The notes under the pieces: generated by a model
The model's input: the letters and a program-made list of their open reading frames with translations, nothing else
The model's database searches: none
Told to the model about the DNA's origin: nothing
Source: Octopus vulgaris
Lineage: Eukaryota
Assembly: GCA_951406725.2 (NCBI GenBank)
Contig: OX597821.1
Location: 79,360,001-79,424,000 of the forward strand
DNA length: 64,000 nt
Direction of reading: 5' to 3'
Made by a program: the position numbers and the translations under genes
In this document: piece after piece, positions 1 through 14,193 of the stretch
Layout: the number at the start of each line of letters is the position of its first letter
Numbering within the stretch: the stretch's first letter is position 1

Positions 1-309
1 GAATAAGGGTTGTTTAAGGATGTTGAACGAAACCATTCATGTTTCCAGAATCCCTCTTAACACATGGCTATGATGCTCCCCCACTACTCCTGCTCATGAT
101 CAGAGATGCACATATCATCAGCCATTAAGGGACATGCTCAACTGGTTAAGGTCAAGCAACTGACAAGCAAATCTGTGGTATTGAGCAGAATATTTGCTGT
201 AACCCATCTTTTATACCAACACAAAACAATGTGCATGATAACACTTCCAATCAGTTAATATCAGAAGCCATGAGAGCCACTGCTTTGCACTGCATCAGGG
301 AATTTATTC

Positions 310-2030
<1,721 letters not shown>

Positions 2031-2048
2031 TATAGTAGTTTTCCTGCT

Positions 2049-2114
<66 letters not shown>

Positions 2115-2116
<2 letters not shown>

Positions 2117-2649
2117 GTGTGAGAGAGCAGTGCATGCCATCAAAGTGCCACTGGGGTAAAATAATCGAAGCCCAGTATACCCATCATGACTACCCATCTG
2201 ATAAGGGTACACAAGGCACATGCATCACAACCATATGTACGTGACATGGTGATCTCATATCAAGATAAACAGCACATGACCTTGCAGGTGGAACCCAGTT
2301 AGAATTTTCTTCTGGTCAAGTAACCCATCCCGCTCAAAAGATCACTGAATAAGGATTACTTAAGGATGTTGAACGAAACCATTCATGTTTCCAGAATCCC
2401 TCTTAACACATGGCAATGAAGCTCCCCCACTACTCCTGCTCATGATCAGAAATGCACCTATCGTCAGCCATTAAGGGACATGCTCAACTGGTTATGGTCA
2501 AACAACTGACAAGCAAATCTGTGGTATTGAGCAGAATATTTGCATACAAGCCCATCTTTTATACCAACACAAAACTATGTACATGATAACACTTCCAATC
2601 AGTTAAGATCAGAAACCACGATAGCCACTGCCTTGTACCGCATCAGGGC

Positions 2650-2650
<1 letters not shown>
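2115..2650. repeat. Interspersed repeat, also present at 1-302
   Basis: 2347-2650 aligns closely with 1-302; both end in (ATT)n. Confidence 0.7.
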
Positions 2651-2715
<65 letters not shown>

Positions 2716-2730
2716 CATCATCATCATCAT

Positions 2731-2761
<31 letters not shown>

Positions 2762-2896
2762 GTCATCATCATCATTATTATTCTCATTATTATGACAGCG
2801 CCATGCTGGCAAAATAATTAGAACGCCGGGCGAAGTGCTTCGCGTTATTTTGTCTGCCGCTGCTTTCTGTGTTCATTATTATTATTATTGTTATTA

Positions 2897-2952
<56 letters not shown>

Positions 2953-2956
<4 letters not shown>

Positions 2957-3341
2957 GTTTGACCTTTGCTTTACATTTGTACAAGGTGGCTCCAGGTCTC
3001 ACCCAGAGACCTCAAGAGACAAAAAGTTGGAAGTTCATGTTGGCCTTATGCCTAGGGTGCAAGATATTTAGTTGTCTACTTAATGTTGTACTAGTGAATG
3101 ACTAAAAAAAATACGAAAATTATGTTTGTTTTAAAACTTGAGATTACATATTTTGCGTAGGATATGAGCAGTTCCCATGAGCACTATCTTTTGAATTTCT
3201 ACCATTTTTGGGTTTCCTGGTATCATTCCCAGGTCACCTATGACAAAAGGCATTGTTTTAGTCTTCAGGTTCCACATTTTGCTGATTTCTATTTTAAGAT
3301 CTTTATATTTGCTCAGTTTCTGGAAGGTCTTGACAAATACC

Positions 3342-3345
<4 letters not shown>
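2953..3345 (-). mobile_element. R4/Dong-like family B 3' fragment
   Basis: Matches the 3' UTR and the endonuclease C-terminus of 5452-5880, with internal deletions; flanked by (ATT)n. Confidence 0.75.
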
Positions 3346-3396
<51 letters not shown>

Positions 3397-3397
3397 G

Positions 3398-3456
<59 letters not shown>

Positions 3457-3589
3457 GATTATGATTATGATTATTATTATTATTATTATTATTTTAATAT
3501 TTTTATTATTATTATTAGTATTAGTATTAGTAATATTATTATCATCATCGTCATCATCATCAACATTATTATTATTGTTGTTGTTGTTG

Positions 3590-4135
3590 TTGTTGAGTTC
3601 TTGTACTTACCAACACATGTTCTCCCATTGAAACGGAAACCTCGTTTACAGTAACATCTGTAAGATCCTAGTCTGTTGCGGCATCTTCCGTATTTGCCAC
3701 ACGGGTTCCTCCCTTTGCACTCGTTGATGTCTGGAAAGTAAAAAAGAATTATTGGGAATTAGTGACGGGCAAGAGTGACGACGTCTTTGGAGAAACTCTG
3801 GGTGTCGGGGGGGAACAATTAACTGGGGTTTTTTTAGCAGGGGGTGAGGGCCTATGGATAACTTCAAGAAATCCCTGCCCTGGCATTGCTACCGTGATGC
3901 CCTACCGGTTTGCGACAAGCTCTACAGGCACGAAAATACTGTCAGGTGGACCTGTCCGAGATGTACGCAAGGCGACGAAACCGCTCTGCCCGCACTCGTC
4001 CAGTGTCCGTGCATTACTGACGTGTGGAGTTTTGACGAAAAGCTGTTATCGCGTACAGGAGGGATCCGGTTGTTAGCCAAGTCAGTCGTGAAGTTCGCCC
4101 CACCAGCTTCCTTAGCCCGGGAAGGAAAGACAGGT
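3590..4135 (+). mobile_element. L1/Tx1-like ORF2 C-terminal remnant; partial second copy at 8105-8470
   Basis: CPRC..GDETALPALVQC resembles the zf-RVT CCHC knuckle of Tx1/L1 elements; the two copies are near-identical. Confidence 0.5.
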
Positions 4136-4770
4136 AAAGTTAAGTTAAGTTAGTTAAGTTAATTTTTTGGCTCAAAAAGCAAAAAGCAAGGCCATGTAGG
4201 GGGACACGGAGTTATGTACAGGGTGGTGTTCATGCAAACAGTTCAGGCCATTTCTGGTCAAGAGAGACTTTGAACCGAGCGGTCGTCGGCATCTTCACTA
4301 TCTCGTCCGGCAGCTTATTCCATGGATCCGCAACCCGGACAGAGAAAGCCCCTCTCCTTCGATTGAGCTTTTTGGAGTGACCTCGCAGCCGACGCTTTGG
4401 AGCAGGAGTGAAGAACAGCTCTTTCGAGAGGTTACACTTTCCGTTTATGATGTTGTGAGCAAGAATGAGATCACCATGGCGTCGTCGTTTTTCTAGAGAA
4501 TAAAGGTCGAGCGTCTTCAGCCATTCTTCATAAGACAAATGCTTGAGACCAAGAACCATGCGGGTAGCCACCTTCTGGACTCTTTCGAGATGATGTATGT
4601 CTTTGAGGAGATAAGGAGAAGAGGCTTGAATCCCGTACTCACCAGCGTGACATAGAGCGGTATGAATATGGCTGCTGTGAGCATTCCGAATGACCGTCGA
4701 ATCAAAAGCAGAGATCGGAGTGCTTTGGTGGCAGTGGTGAAGGTGATAGTGGGATGGACGAGACAAAAGG
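4136..4770 (-). mobile_element. CR1-group LINE 3' fragment with (TAACT)n tail
   Basis: LERVQKVATRMV..LSYEE..LYSLEKRR..GDLI..FSVRVADPWNKLP; same family as 23750-24210. Confidence 0.85.
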
Positions 4771-5377
4771 ACCGAAAACTTTCCTCTTCAGCCAAGGAAA
4801 AATTCTGGGTTAGAGAGACAGGTTCTGACTCCCAAGTAAACTTGTTGAGACGTGGGTGATTGTGACAAGGATGATCCGTGTGAATGTGCCACCTATGAAC
4901 TCTCCTTTCTAAATCGGAAGAGTTAAGACGGAAAGGGGCGGCTCCTGAGGTGCATCTGGCGTTTGGGATTACCAGGTTGTGTGGGGTTCCTCGGTTGTCT
5001 CTGAGAGAAACTATCCCTTTTGAGGAACTTGTATTGTTTACTTGTTTTGTTTATTGTTTTTGTCGATTATTGTATACACTGCATTGTTCAACACCACACG
5101 TGACCCTTCTATTATATTTCCCTATTTGTTTTCTGTTCAGTCCAAAGTATTATTATTATCATTATTATTATTATTATTATTATTATTTAGCACACCGTGT
5201 GAAATGATTATCGGTATTTCGTCTGTCTTCACGTTATGAGTTCAAATGCCACCGAGGTCGACTTTGTCTTTCATCCTTTCAGCGTCGTTTAAATAAGTAC
5301 CAGTTACGCACTGGGGTCGATCAAATTGACTTAGTCCCTTCCCCCAAATCTGAGGCTTTGTGCTTCCGCTAGAAGGG

Positions 5378-5451
<74 letters not shown>

Positions 5452-5456
<5 letters not shown>

Positions 5457-7545
5457 GTTTGACTTTTGCTTTATATTTGTACAAGTTGGCTCCAAGTCTC
5501 ACCCGGAGGCCTCAAGAGACAACAGGTTGGAAGTTCACGTTGTTGTTATGCCTAGTGTGCCATATATTTGTTTTTTTATGTGTTGTACTAGCGAATGTCT
5601 AATAAATAAATTTTTTAAAAAGTTTGTTTTAAACCTTGGGATTACATAGAGAGTATTTTGCGTAGGATATGAGCAGTTCCCATGAGCACTATCTTTTGAA
5701 TTTCTGCCATTTTTGGGTTTCCTGGTATCTGAGTTAGGTGGCAACCAACCCCTTTCGCTATCATTCCTAGGGCACCTATGACAACAGGTATTGATTTAGT
5801 CTTCAGGTTCCACATTTTGCTGATTTCTATTTCAAGATCTTTATATTTGCTCAGTTTTTGGTAGGTCTTGACAGATACGTTTATATCGATTGGGACAGTC
5901 ATATCAATGAGGAGGTATGTTCTTTGTCTGAAGTCTTTCAATATGATGTCTGGCCTATTTGCATCTATCTTTCTGTCAGTTTGAATGGTGAAGTTCCAGA
6001 GGAGTGAGATGTGGTCATTTTCAAGCACTGGAGGTGGATTGTGTTCCCACCAGGTTTTTCATGGGGCAAATCCAGGTTTTTGCAAATTACCCAGTGAATA
6101 TATTGTGCAGCTCTATCATGCCTGTTGAGGTACTCTGTAGGCGCTAGAAGACTGCATTTGGAGACAACATGATCAATGGTTTCATTTTGTTGTCGGCATA
6201 CACATGTTGGGTACTGCCGTTCTTTAATATGTTGGCCTGGTAGTTTCTTGTTGGTAGGCATTGATTTTGAGCTGCTATGATAAACCCTTCTGTTTCAGAT
6301 TTTAAGCCAAAGGCCATTAACCATTGATGGGTCAGGGCTTTGTCAATATCTGCATTATTCGCTGTCTTTGGGTATTTGCCATACAGAGGTTTTTCTTGCC
6401 ATTTATTATTCAGAATATCTAAAGCCGCAGTTTTGGCACGGGTTTTCATGCGCTTAGCTTTTTCTGTGCTTGTTTCTTGTATGTCTATCTCTAATTCCGA
6501 AATTTGTTGTATTCGGAATTCACTTAGATATTCCTTTGCCTGTTTTGTTACTGAGTATGATGCTTTCTTGTTTTCATGTTTTGAGACAAGTTTTAACATC
6601 CAGTCCTCAGACTTTTTCAGGTAGGTGTCTAGGCCAATTGTAGCAATCTTCATTGTTATTGCCAGTTGTAAAAGACCACGGCCTCCCTCTTTTCTTGGCG
6701 GATAAAGTCGTTCTGTATCTACCTTAGGGTGGTGCATTCTATGCATTGTCAACAGTTTTCGTATTTTTCTGTCGAGCTGACATATTTCAGTAATTGACCA
6801 GTTAACGATATTGAAACTGTAAGTCACGACTGATCCTGTTTCTTGCATTCAGCTCTGTCTTGAGTATTGCTCTCACTCTTCGATAACATTCTCTCCTGAT
6901 CCTTTCCTTCATCTCTGAATGCCTTATTCCGTTCCCTTCAATTACCCCTAGGTACTTGCAGCTCTCCGCTGGGTCTAGTTCTTTCATGACATTCTGCTGG
7001 TCAAGGTTAACGTTAGATGTTTCTGTCATTTTTTCTTTGATAAAGGTAGCTTTATTGCATTCTGATGTCGTCACTGAATTGTTTGACTATCGCTAGTGAG
7101 CCCTTGAGTTGTTGGTCATTTTTTGCAAAAAGCTTTAAATCATCCATGTAAATGAGATGATTTATATTTTTATCAAACATTTTATATCCGTACTGCGCGT
7201 CATTGAGCAGTTTTGAGAGAGGTATTAAGGCTAAACAGAAGAGGAGTGTTGATAGTGAGTCACCCTGGAAAATGCCACATGAAATTTTTACATCACCAGC
7301 ATTTAGGGATTCATTGTCACTGTTCAGAGTTAGTGTGGTTCTCCATGATCTCATACTTACAGTCAAAAAGTTTCGCAGAGTAGGAGCTATCTTATACATT
7401 TCCAGGCATTTCCTAATCCAGCTATGTGGTAGGCTATCAAAAGCCTTTTTATAGTCTATCCAGGCTATTGATAAGTTTTTGTGTCGTTTGTGACAATCTT
7501 CTAAGAACATCTTATTGATGAGTAGTTGATTTTTACAGCCGTAGG
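5452..7545 (-). mobile_element. R4/Dong-like family B, 5'-truncated and frameshifted (RT + zinc knuckle + restriction-like endonuclease)
   Basis: WIDYKKAFDS, GIFQGDSLS, YMDDLKL, RHD and RPDII motifs spread over several ORFs; (TAA)n on both sides. Confidence 0.92.
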
Positions 7546-7551
7546 ATCCAC

Positions 7552-7552
<1 letters not shown>

Positions 7553-7586
<34 letters not shown>

Positions 7587-7597
7587 CATTATTATAA

Positions 7598-7663
<66 letters not shown>

Positions 7664-7676
7664 CACCATCGTTATC

Positions 7677-7749
<73 letters not shown>

Positions 7750-7816
7750 CAAATTATTATTATTATTATTATTATTATTATCACCATCGTCATCATCATC
7801 ATCATCACCATCATCA

Positions 7817-7915
<99 letters not shown>

Positions 7916-7923
7916 CCATCATC

Positions 7924-7955
<32 letters not shown>

Positions 7956-7996
7956 TATTATTATTATTATCATCATCATCATCATCATCAACATCA

Positions 7997-8027
<31 letters not shown>

Positions 8028-8035
8028 CATCATCA

Positions 8036-8085
<50 letters not shown>

Positions 8086-8100
8086 GTTGTTGTTGTTGTG
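7553..8100. repeat. Compound (ATT)n/(ATC)n microsatellite
   Basis: Directly visible. Confidence 0.95.
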
Positions 8101-8574
8101 ACTGTTGTTGAGTTCTTGTACTTACCAACACATGTTCTCCCATTGAAACGGAAACCTCGTTTACAGTAACATCTGTAAGATCCTAGTCTGTTGCGGCATC
8201 TTCCGTATTTGCCACACGGGTTCCTCCCTTTGCACTCGTTGATGTCTGGAAAGTAAAAAAGAATTATTGGGAATTAGTGACGGGCAAGAGCGACGACGTC
8301 TTTGGAGAAACTCTGGATGTCGGGAGGGAACAATTAACTGGGGTTTTTTTAGCAGGGGGTGCAGGACTATGGATAACTTCAAGAAATCCCTGCCCTGGCA
8401 TTGCTACCATGATGCTCTACCGGTTTGTGACAAGCTCTACAGGCACGAAAGTACTGTCAGGCGGACCTGCATGCGGTATTATTACTCTTATTATTATTAT
8501 TGTTATTATTATTATTGTTATTATTATTATTGTTATTATTATTATTATTATTATTATTGTTATTATTATTATTA

Positions 8575-8775
8575 TATGTTTGACTTTTGCTTTACATTTG
8601 CACAAGCTGGCTCCAAGTCTCACCCAGAGACCTCAAGAGACAACAAGTTGGAAGTTCGTGTTGATGTTATTCCTAGGGTGCCACATATTTGGTTTTGTAC
8701 TTAGTGTTGTACTAGTGAATGCCTTAAAAACCATACGAAAATTATGTTTGTTTTAAAACTTGAGATTACATAGAA

Positions 8776-8824
<49 letters not shown>

Positions 8825-9410
8825 GTTTGACTTTTGCTTTACATTTGCCCAAACTGGCTCCAAGTCTCACCCAGAGACCTCAAGAGACAACAGGTTGGAA
8901 GTTCATGTTGGTCTTATGCCTAGGGTGCCCGATATTTGGTTGTCTACTTAATGTTGTACTAGTGAATGACTAAAAAAAAATACGAAAATTATGTTTGTTT
9001 TAAAACTTGAGATTACATAGAAAGTATTTTGCGTAGGATATGAGCAGTTCCCATGAGCACTATCTTTTGAATTTCTACTATTTTGGGGTTTCCTGGTATC
9101 TGAGTTAGGTAGCAATCAGCCCCTTTCGCTATCATTCCCAGGGCACCTATGACAACAGGCATTGTTTTAGTCTTCAGGTTCCACATTTTGTTGATTTCTA
9201 TTTTAAGATCTTTATATTTGCTCAGTTTCTGGAAGGTCTTGACAAATACCTTTTATTATTATTATTATTATTTTTATTATTATTACTTTTTTTTCTTCTT
9301 TCAAATTTGTTTCCATTCCTTGCCGAGTGTCTTCCCGACTCCTAGGGCAAAGAAACTCATAGTATACATTGGTAGGCCATTAAACCAAACTCAGTAGTTC
9401 ATTCATTTTT
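8575..9410 (-). mobile_element. Stack of R4/Dong-like 3' ends (family B twice, family C 3' UTR once) separated by (ATT)n
   Basis: 8575-8775 and 8822-9250 match the family B 3' end; 9290-9410 matches 37620-37745. Confidence 0.8.
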
Positions 9411-9422
9411 TTTTTATTATTA

Positions 9423-9487
<65 letters not shown>

Positions 9488-9503
9488 TTATCATTATTAT
9501 TTA

Positions 9504-9561
<58 letters not shown>

Positions 9562-9779
9562 CATTATTATTATTATTATTATCATTATTATTATTATTAT
9601 TATTATCATTGTTGTTGTTGTTGTTGCCGTTGTTGTTGTTGTCGTTGTTGCTGTTGTTGTTGTTGTTGTTGTTATCACCATCATCACCATCATCATCATT
9701 AGCAGTGAGGTGGCAGTATCGTTGGCTCCCCGGGCAAATTATTTAGTGGCACTTCGTTTGTCTTCACTTTCTCGGTTTA

Positions 9780-10020
9780 AATACCTATTTCTTTACTACC
9801 AAAAAGGGGCTAAACACAGAGGGGACAAACAAGGACAGACAAACCGATTAAGTCAATTATATCGACCCCAGTGTGTAACTGGTCCTTAATTTATCGACCC
9901 CGAAAGGATGAAAGGCAAAGTCGACCTCGGCAGAATTTGAACTCACAGCGTAACGGCAGACGAAATACCGCTAAGCATTTCACCCGGCGCGCTAACGTTT
10001 CTGCCAGCTCACCACCTTCT
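9780..10020 (-). mobile_element. tRNA-derived SINE with Deu/Nin-like domain
   Basis: Reverse complement of the 10833 SINE (GCCTTTCATCCTTTCGGGGTCGATAAATTAAG). Confidence 0.75.
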
Positions 10021-10194
10021 CGGTTTAAATACCCCCGATATCGACTTTTCGTTTTATACTTCAGCTAGTACTAGTCGACCACCAGGGTTTAGCTGATGGA
10101 CTTAACCCTACCCCGAAATTGCTGGCGTGCTGCCAAAACGTAAATCCATTATTTTCTGGTCCCTGTAAGTATTTTCAACACTCTCTCTCTTTAC

Positions 10195-10534
10195 TCACTT
10201 TTACTTGTTTCAGTCATTTGACTGCGGCCATGCTGGAGCACCGCCTTTGGTCGAGCAAATCGACCCCAGGACATATTCTTTGTAATCCTAGTACTTATTC
10301 TATCGGGCTCTTTTGCCGAACCGCTAAGTGACGGGGAAGTAAACACACCAGCATCGGTTGTGAAACGATGTTGGGGCGGACAAACACAGACACACAAACA
10401 TACACACACACAAACACACACACACACACATATATATATATATGTATATATGCGACAGGCTTCTTTCAGTTTCCGTCTACCAAAACCAATCACAAGGCTT
10501 TATATATATATATAACACAGACACACAAACATAT

Positions 10535-10582
<48 letters not shown>

Positions 10583-10745
10583 GACAAGCTTCTTTCAGTT
10601 TCCGTCTACCAAATCCATTCACAAGGCTTTGGTCGGCCCGTGGCTATAGCAGAAGACACTTGCCCAAGATGCCAAGCAGTGGGACTGAACCCGGAACCAT
10701 GTGGTTGGTTGGCAAGCTACTTACCACACAGCCACTCCTGCACCG
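10195..10745 (-). mobile_element. tRNA-derived SINE, second family (octopus OK-like)
   Basis: A box TGGCTGTGTGG, B-box-like GGTTCAGTCC, TTGGCATCTTGGGCAAGTGTCTT body and internal (TA)/(TG) repeats. Confidence 0.8.
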
Positions 10746-10832
10746 TTGATTTTTTTTTTTTTTGCGGCCATAAAATGTTTTGGGCAATAAGCTACCAAGG
10801 GCAAATTGATATCACGGTACATGTCAGGTTAA

Positions 10833-11250
10833 GGCGGCGAGCTGGCAGAAACGTTAGGACGCCGGGCGAAATGCTTAGCGGTATTTCGTCTGCCGCTACG
10901 TTCTGAGTTCAAATTCCGCCGAGGTCGACTTTGCCTTTCATCCTTTCGGGGTCGATAGATTAAGTACCAGTTACGCACTGGGGTTGATTTAATCGACTTA
11001 ATCCCTTTGTCTGTCCTTATTTGTCCTCTCTGTGTTTAGCTTCTTGTGGGTAGTAAAGCAATAGGTATTTCTTCTGCCGGTACGTTGTGAGTTTAAATTC
11101 CACCGAGGTCGACTTTGCCTTTCATCCTTTCGGGGTCGATTAAATAAGTACCAGTTACGCACTGGGGTCGATATAACGACTTAATCCGTTTGTCTGTCCT
11201 TGTTTGTACTCTCTGTGTTTAGCCCCTTGTGGGTAATAAAGAAATAGGTA
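10833..11250 (+). mobile_element. Deu/Nin-like SINE with tandem internal duplication
   Basis: GGCGGCGAGCTGGCAGAA head, GAGTTCAAATTCC B box, body present twice. Confidence 0.8.
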
Positions 11251-11776
11251 CATGTCAGGTTAAAATCGTTGAGAAATAAGAGCCACGCACACCCAAAAGA
11301 GAAATATTATTGAGAGGCATTTGAAGTGACATTGATTGTGGCACACGAGCCAATATGGCACTGTCGATATTAGATTCTTCTTTGAAGAACCCGTAGAGAG
11401 GCATTCTAGAGTTACATGCAAGAGTAAAGATTTCATCGTCATTACGATATACTTGGGTATTACAATATCAGGATTTATGTTAGAATCGGATATTTGATGA
11501 GAGATATGTTTTGTTCTCGAATAAGCTAATTCAGTCGTAGAAATGAAGAAGAATCGAAATGAAAACTAGATGCAAATTGGGCTGGAATTATCGACGCTAT
11601 TTTCTTATTCTATGATAGAAAATGAAATGAAAAATTTAACGACGCTATTGTTCATATATTCGGATACAGAATATAAGATATTAGCAGCTAAGCCCGGTTT
11701 CATCCAGTCTGTTTGGATAATGTGGCTGTGTTCATTTTCGGTTAGGCATAATCTATAACAGCGTTTCTCAACCATA

Positions 11777-11811
11777 TCATTTCGGTTTTCTGTTTCGATT
11801 GGAGCCGCCAG
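11777..11811 (-). CDS. Possible gene A terminal exon: (A)GGSNRNRKPK*
   Basis: ttttcatacag acceptor, phase-1 compatible, short basic tail then TGA, followed by non-repetitive sequence. No paralogous exon seen to confirm it. Confidence 0.35.
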
Positions 11812-11877
11812 CTGTATGAAAATTTCCTGACCCCACCCCGTCAGAAAACAGCTTCTAAGCAACAGGTTGTTTTTTAT

Positions 11878-12270
11878 AGCAGAAGAAAGAGGCGAATTCC
11901 ATTAGAAACAGTTTTAATTGATTTTCTCGGTAAGTATGTGGGCTACGGAAAAACTACAAACCGCATTCCAATTTATGCACCCATCCCCACATGTGTGCCA
12001 TTTTTCACGCGAATCCACCCAGCCGTTTGACTGTGAACCTTAAGACATCACCCCGTAGCAGAAGAAAAAGGGGAATTCCTTTAGAAAAAGTTTTAATTGA
12101 TTTTCTCGGTAAGTATTTGGGCTAGGGAAAAACTACAAACCGCATTCCAATCTATGCACTCGTAACCACATGTGTGCCATTTTTCACGCTAATCCACTCT
12201 GCCGTTTGGCTGTGAACCTCGAGACAAGAAAGAATAGAACGATCGCCCATGTTCAGTTTATATTATAGAT
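11878..12270 (+). repeat. Tandem duplication of about 180 bp, probably a Helentron/HINE-type 3' end
   Basis: 11878-12055 is similar to 12057-12225; ends TTATATTATAGAT like the other HINE-like copies. Confidence 0.45.
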
Positions 12271-12324
12271 TAAGTAAAAGTTGTCTATATGTTATGAATA
12301 AGATAACATCAACAGAGTCCTTAC

Positions 12325-12401
12325 CTGTGCACTGTCCATTCTTGTCACTCCATCCATTACAGCAATTATAACAGGGTGTACGAATTCTTTTATAGCCAGT
12401 T
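12325..12401 (-). CDS. Gene A exon 3 (77 nt): (R)TGYKRIRTPCYNCCNGWSDKNGQCT
   Basis: cttcctctacacag acceptor, AG|GTAAG donor, phase 2-1; same length as gene B exon 3; CCxGW motif typical of the EMI-domain C-terminus. Confidence 0.8.
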
Positions 12402-12729
12402 CTGTGTAGAGGAAGAATGATTGAATAGTAGAATGTAAAAACAGAACGCAGTGATTATAGTTTTAGTATAAAACACACACATACACACACACATCCATAC
12501 ATACACAAACAGGTGCATTCAGTTTGTTTCTACACCACCCACTGACAAGTCTTTGGTGGTTACGAGGCTATATTAGAATACACCTGAGACTGAACCGAAG
12601 ACCAGTTTTAAGGAAATTCTCTGTACAAATTTGTATGTTCTTCGATTCATTATTAGTATTGCTTAATATGTTTTGGTAAAATTGCGTTTCTTTTCATATG
12701 TCATCAGAAAAATGTAATCAAAATTCATT

Positions 12730-13750
12730 AAATTTACAGATCTATCGGACTTTCAATGAGGTCAAATAGTTGGTACTAAACAAGGGGCTAAACACGGAGA
12801 GGACAAACAAGGACAGACAAAGGGATTAAGTCGATTACACCGACCGTAGTGCGTAACCAAAACTTTCAGATAGGGACTGCCGGACTCTTACGCGAATTTT
12901 TAGAAAGGATCATGAAAATACAACTCCCAAAAGTATTGCAGAGCGGAATGACCGCCTCGGGATCCCATTTTCCACAAAAACTGTTCGCCGGGAGCTGTTC
13001 GCCAGATTTCAAAAACTGTTTGCCAGATTTTACAGGTCTGCAATCAGAAAACCACTACGTTCAAAACCCAACGTTGCAAAGCGTTTAGAGTAGAGTAAAA
13101 ACCTACAGAATTGCTCCCTAGAGCAGTGGTAGAACGTTATTTCCGACCACCGGCCGAGTATAAGTATGGTGACAACCGAAAGAAGCATTTGACACAGTCT
13201 GCCTTCTTCCAACCGTTAAACATGGATGAGTATCTGTGATGATCTGAGGGGATTTATCTTGGAAATCCGCCGACCCAATGGTTTCCTTTCATGGCAGAAT
13301 TAATAGTCAAGACTATTTACGCATTTTATGCGTTCAAATTTATCCTGTTTGTGGAACTGTTTCCGGGGGGTAACGCAACCTTTCAGGATGATAATGCACC
13401 AATTCACACAGCTAAAGTTGTTACTAAATGACACGAGGAACATTCTAGTGAAGTTAAACAACTTATCTGATCATCACAGTCCTCAGATCTCAATATTATT
13501 GAACAGTTATGGTGCATTTTATAAAAACAAGTAAGGAGTCGATATCCTCCACCATCATCACTACAAGAACTGGAGACTTCTTTTCGCTGAAGAATGGACA
13601 AAAATTCCTTTGGAAACAATTCAAACGTTGTACGAATCCATACTGCATAGAATTCAAGCTGCAATTACTGACAAAGACGGTCTTACCCCACATTAAAATA
13701 AATTTGTTTGGAATTTTAAGGCGGTTTCATTATTTTGTTCAACCCCTGTA
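12730..13750 (+). mobile_element. Tc1/mariner transposase pseudogene
   Basis: DLSDFQ.GQIVG start; FQDDNAPIHTAK and SSDLNIIEQLW motifs with stops; right end CAACCCCTG|TA. Confidence 0.8.
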
Positions 13751-13836
13751 TATATATAGACATACATACATACATACATACATACATACATACTTACATA
13801 GATACATACATACATACACACACACACATACACACA

Positions 13837-13937
<101 letters not shown>

Positions 13938-14193
13938 CGATGGGTGAATGAATTATCCTTTGTTTACAGTCAACATGGAAAATTCGATGAACCGATACCA
14001 GGGTAGCAAATTCACGTCAGAAACACGGTTGAAGCGACCTATCCAAAGGTAGAAATTCCGGGTTCATGTGCAGAAATTTGTGTGTTATATATGAATAAAT
14101 AAATAAATGGAGTTGAACAAAGATGTTAATAAAATTCCTTTACTTTCGACATATACTTCTCTTCCTACTATCTAACCTTGACGTCAATTCCAC

